Shown here: one piece after another, positions 57,877 to 59,356 of the stretch
Numbering within the stretch: the stretch's first letter is position 1
Layout: every line of letters starts with the position of its first letter
From: Planctomycetales bacterium
GTDB taxonomy: Bacteria > Planctomycetota > Phycisphaerae > SM23-33
DNA length: 59,356 bases
Direction: 5' to 3'
NCBI GenBank assembly: GCA_030592655.1
Contig: JAUVIQ010000001.1
Coordinates: forward strand, 1 to 59,356
Made by a program: the position numbers and the translations under genes
Notes under the pieces: generated by a model
Database searches by the model: none
Told to the model about the DNA's origin: nothing
What the model saw: the letters and a program-made list of their open reading frames with translations, nothing else

Positions 57877-58476
57877 TTACTTTTTGTCGGTGGTTTTTCC
57901 GGTCGATGCCCCGGCGATAGCGGCTACCTTCATCACCTCCTCGACACTCATATCGATCGGTTCGACAGATTCAGGATCCACATAAACCGTAGGCCCGCCG
58001 ATCATGTAACTCATAGGCAAATAGACCGCTACCTTGTCGGAACCTTCGGTTGCGACGGGGTTTGTGGAGGTTCGAATTCCCAGTAAGTCTATTTCCGTTC
58101 CGGGGACGCGATATCGAACGGCCTGGCCTGTCTTGCTCGCGTCGCCGCCGAAGAGGCTCAATATGTCACGCACCGATTCGTAGATGCTCTTGACTCCCGG
58201 CAGACGCGAAAATATCCGATCAATAAGCCCCAGCATCCAGCGAAACCCCCACAGGCGCGTCAGGAGGCCTATGAAATATATGCCAACAATGGCTAATATT
58301 ACCCCGAGTCCGCTGAACCACCAGTCCTCGACGCCTGACTTGGGAGACACCGCCTTGACGCTGCTTTTGACCAACCCGTCTATTGCGCCGCCCACCCACA
58401 AAATAACCCAGACCGTAACGATTAACGGCACTACGACCATTACACCGGCAAGGAATATCCCAAGTTGCTTTTTCAT
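57877..58476 (-). CDS. DUF502-family membrane protein
   Basis: Two N-terminal TM helices and LPGVKSIYESVRDI, typical of DUF502. Confidence 0.7.
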   Translation of the reverse strand: MKKQLGIFLAGVMVVVPLIVTVWVILWVGGAIDGLVKSSVKAVSPKSGVEDWWFSGLGVILAIVGIYFIGLLTRLWGFRWMLGLIDRIFSRLPGVKSIYESVRDILSLFGGDASKTGQAVRYRVPGTEIDLLGIRTSTNPVATEGSDKVAVYLPMSYMIGGPTVYVDPESVEPIDMSVEEVMKVAAIAGASTGKTTDKK

Positions 58477-58490
58477 CGTAATGCCTCTAT

Positions 58491-58556
58491 TCCACGAATT
58501 ACACGAATTATTTTTTGTATTCGCATCATTCGCGTTGATTCGCGCGAATTCGCGTT
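58491..58556. repeat. stutter hairpin (cacgaatta units) with embedded 12-bp palindrome cgcgaattcgcg
   Basis: cacgaatta cacgaatta, then T6, then gtattcgca tcattcgcg ttgattcgcg cgaattcgcg. It lies between the STAS and DUF502 genes. Pairing is better as minus-strand RNA, where G-U pairs replace C-A mismatches. Confidence 0.6.
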
Positions 58557-58559
58557 CTC

Positions 58560-58925
58560 TTACGTCGTATAGACCCCGAAACTGTTCAGGGCCTCCTCTT
58601 CGTCCTCGTAGAACTTGAACAACTTATCCAGGTGCGTGATCTTGAAGGGTTTTTTCAGGTCGGGCTTGAGGCTGCAAATAGCGACCTGCCCCTTGATGGT
58701 CTGGGCCTTCTTCTGAAGGCTTATCAGCACGCCCAGAAGGGATGAGGAAAGAAACCTGACCCGTGAGAAGTCCAGCAGGATTTTTCGCTGTGCCCGTTCA
58801 TCGACGAGTTCGTAGAGTTGCCGTCCGATGGCCTCGATTGCCTGGGCGTCCAGGATCGACGCTTCTCTGAAATTTGCGACCACCACGCCGCCGATATTCT
58901 GCACGACAAGTTGCGCCTCTGCCAT
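58560..58925 (-). CDS. STAS-domain anti-sigma-factor antagonist (SpoIIAA-like)
   Basis: 121 aa. ILLDFSRVRFLSSSLLGVLISLQKK fits the STAS pattern with the conserved Ser region. Confidence 0.8.
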   Translation of the reverse strand: MAEAQLVVQNIGGVVVANFREASILDAQAIEAIGRQLYELVDERAQRKILLDFSRVRFLSSSLLGVLISLQKKAQTIKGQVAICSLKPDLKKPFKITHLDKLFKFYEDEEEALNSFGVYTT

Positions 58926-58987
58926 ATCAGGTACTCCTGTTTAGAGACTGTTCTGGGCACTGTCTGAAAAGTCAGACATCGCCTCAA

Positions 58988-59181
58988 AGCATTCAGCATT
59001 CAGCAATCAGCAATCAGCAGTCAGCAGTCAGCAAAAACCCAATAAACAAATGGCCTGAACGCTGACGGCTGAACGCTCATTTAGCATTCAGCATTCAGGT
59101 GCAGGCCTTGTTTCTTTTCTTTATCTTTTGCTGACAGCCGAACGCTGACGGCTGAACGCTTTTTCTCCTGACCGCTGAATG
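58988..59181. repeat. nested heptamer-stutter hairpins (gcattca/gcaatca/gcagtca versus tgctgac/gaacgct/gacggct)
   Basis: Six tandem heptamers lie at 58988-59032. An inner hairpin pairs 59053-59076 with 59082-59098. A complementary array lies at 59126-59181. An additional hairpin ctgtctgaaa/tttcagacag lies at 59182-59205. Confidence 0.7.
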
Positions 59182-59356
59182 CCTGTCTGAAATAGTTTTC
59201 AGACAGAACCTAATAACCGCCCTTATTATGCTCCGTCCCGGCAAGCCTGACAAGACCAAATGGGCAATTGAAAAAAACTGCGATACGTTTTTTGTTCCGG
59301 CTGAATATGAATTGTAAGGTGCCGGTGGAACCAGAACTTCCCGCCCCGGCGAGTGC

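Overview
Chromosomal segment of about 59 kb, GC-rich and densely coding. It probably comes from a Planctomycetota/Phycisphaerae-like bacterium. That guess rests on a DUF1559-type pseudopilin, many PQQ-type beta-propeller paralogues, a PEP-CTERM protein and odd intergenic repeats; it is inference only, with no database search. Housekeeping genes are clear: accA, tyrA-like, gyrB, a PduO-type adenosyltransferase, an aspartase/fumarase-family lyase and a glycogen debranching enzyme. They are interspersed with accessory islets: vapBC plus hicAB, a second hicAB, a visibly AT-richer type II R-M cassette, an AT-richer lectin/PEP-CTERM gene, and an orphan 816-aa SEC-C protein with a nuclease-like core. 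The most system-like feature is a roughly 19-kb array on the minus strand (38881-57725) whose genes are translationally coupled. It combines five PQQ-type propellers, an NHL propeller with a CGCCNP motif and a double-FtsX ABC exporter with its ATPase. It also holds a pseudopilin, a NapH-like/NapG-like Fe-S pair, a tiny Cys-rich Tat-signal protein and a NuoE-NuoF fusion with a truncated NuoG-like partner. I saw no terminal reductase, cytochrome or hydrogenase/FDH catalytic subunit in it. I flag it as a candidate uncharacterised envelope redox/export system. A 113-bp palindromic element sits in the one large gap of this array, and a second copy is inserted in frame inside the ABC permease gene. 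Intergenic spacers share an unusual grammar: hairpins whose arms are tandem heptamers, with a different heptamer at each locus. I found no rRNA, tRNA, CRISPR array, integrase or transposase. All calls come from reading the ORF translations and the DNA by eye. GC shifts are visual impressions, not computed values.
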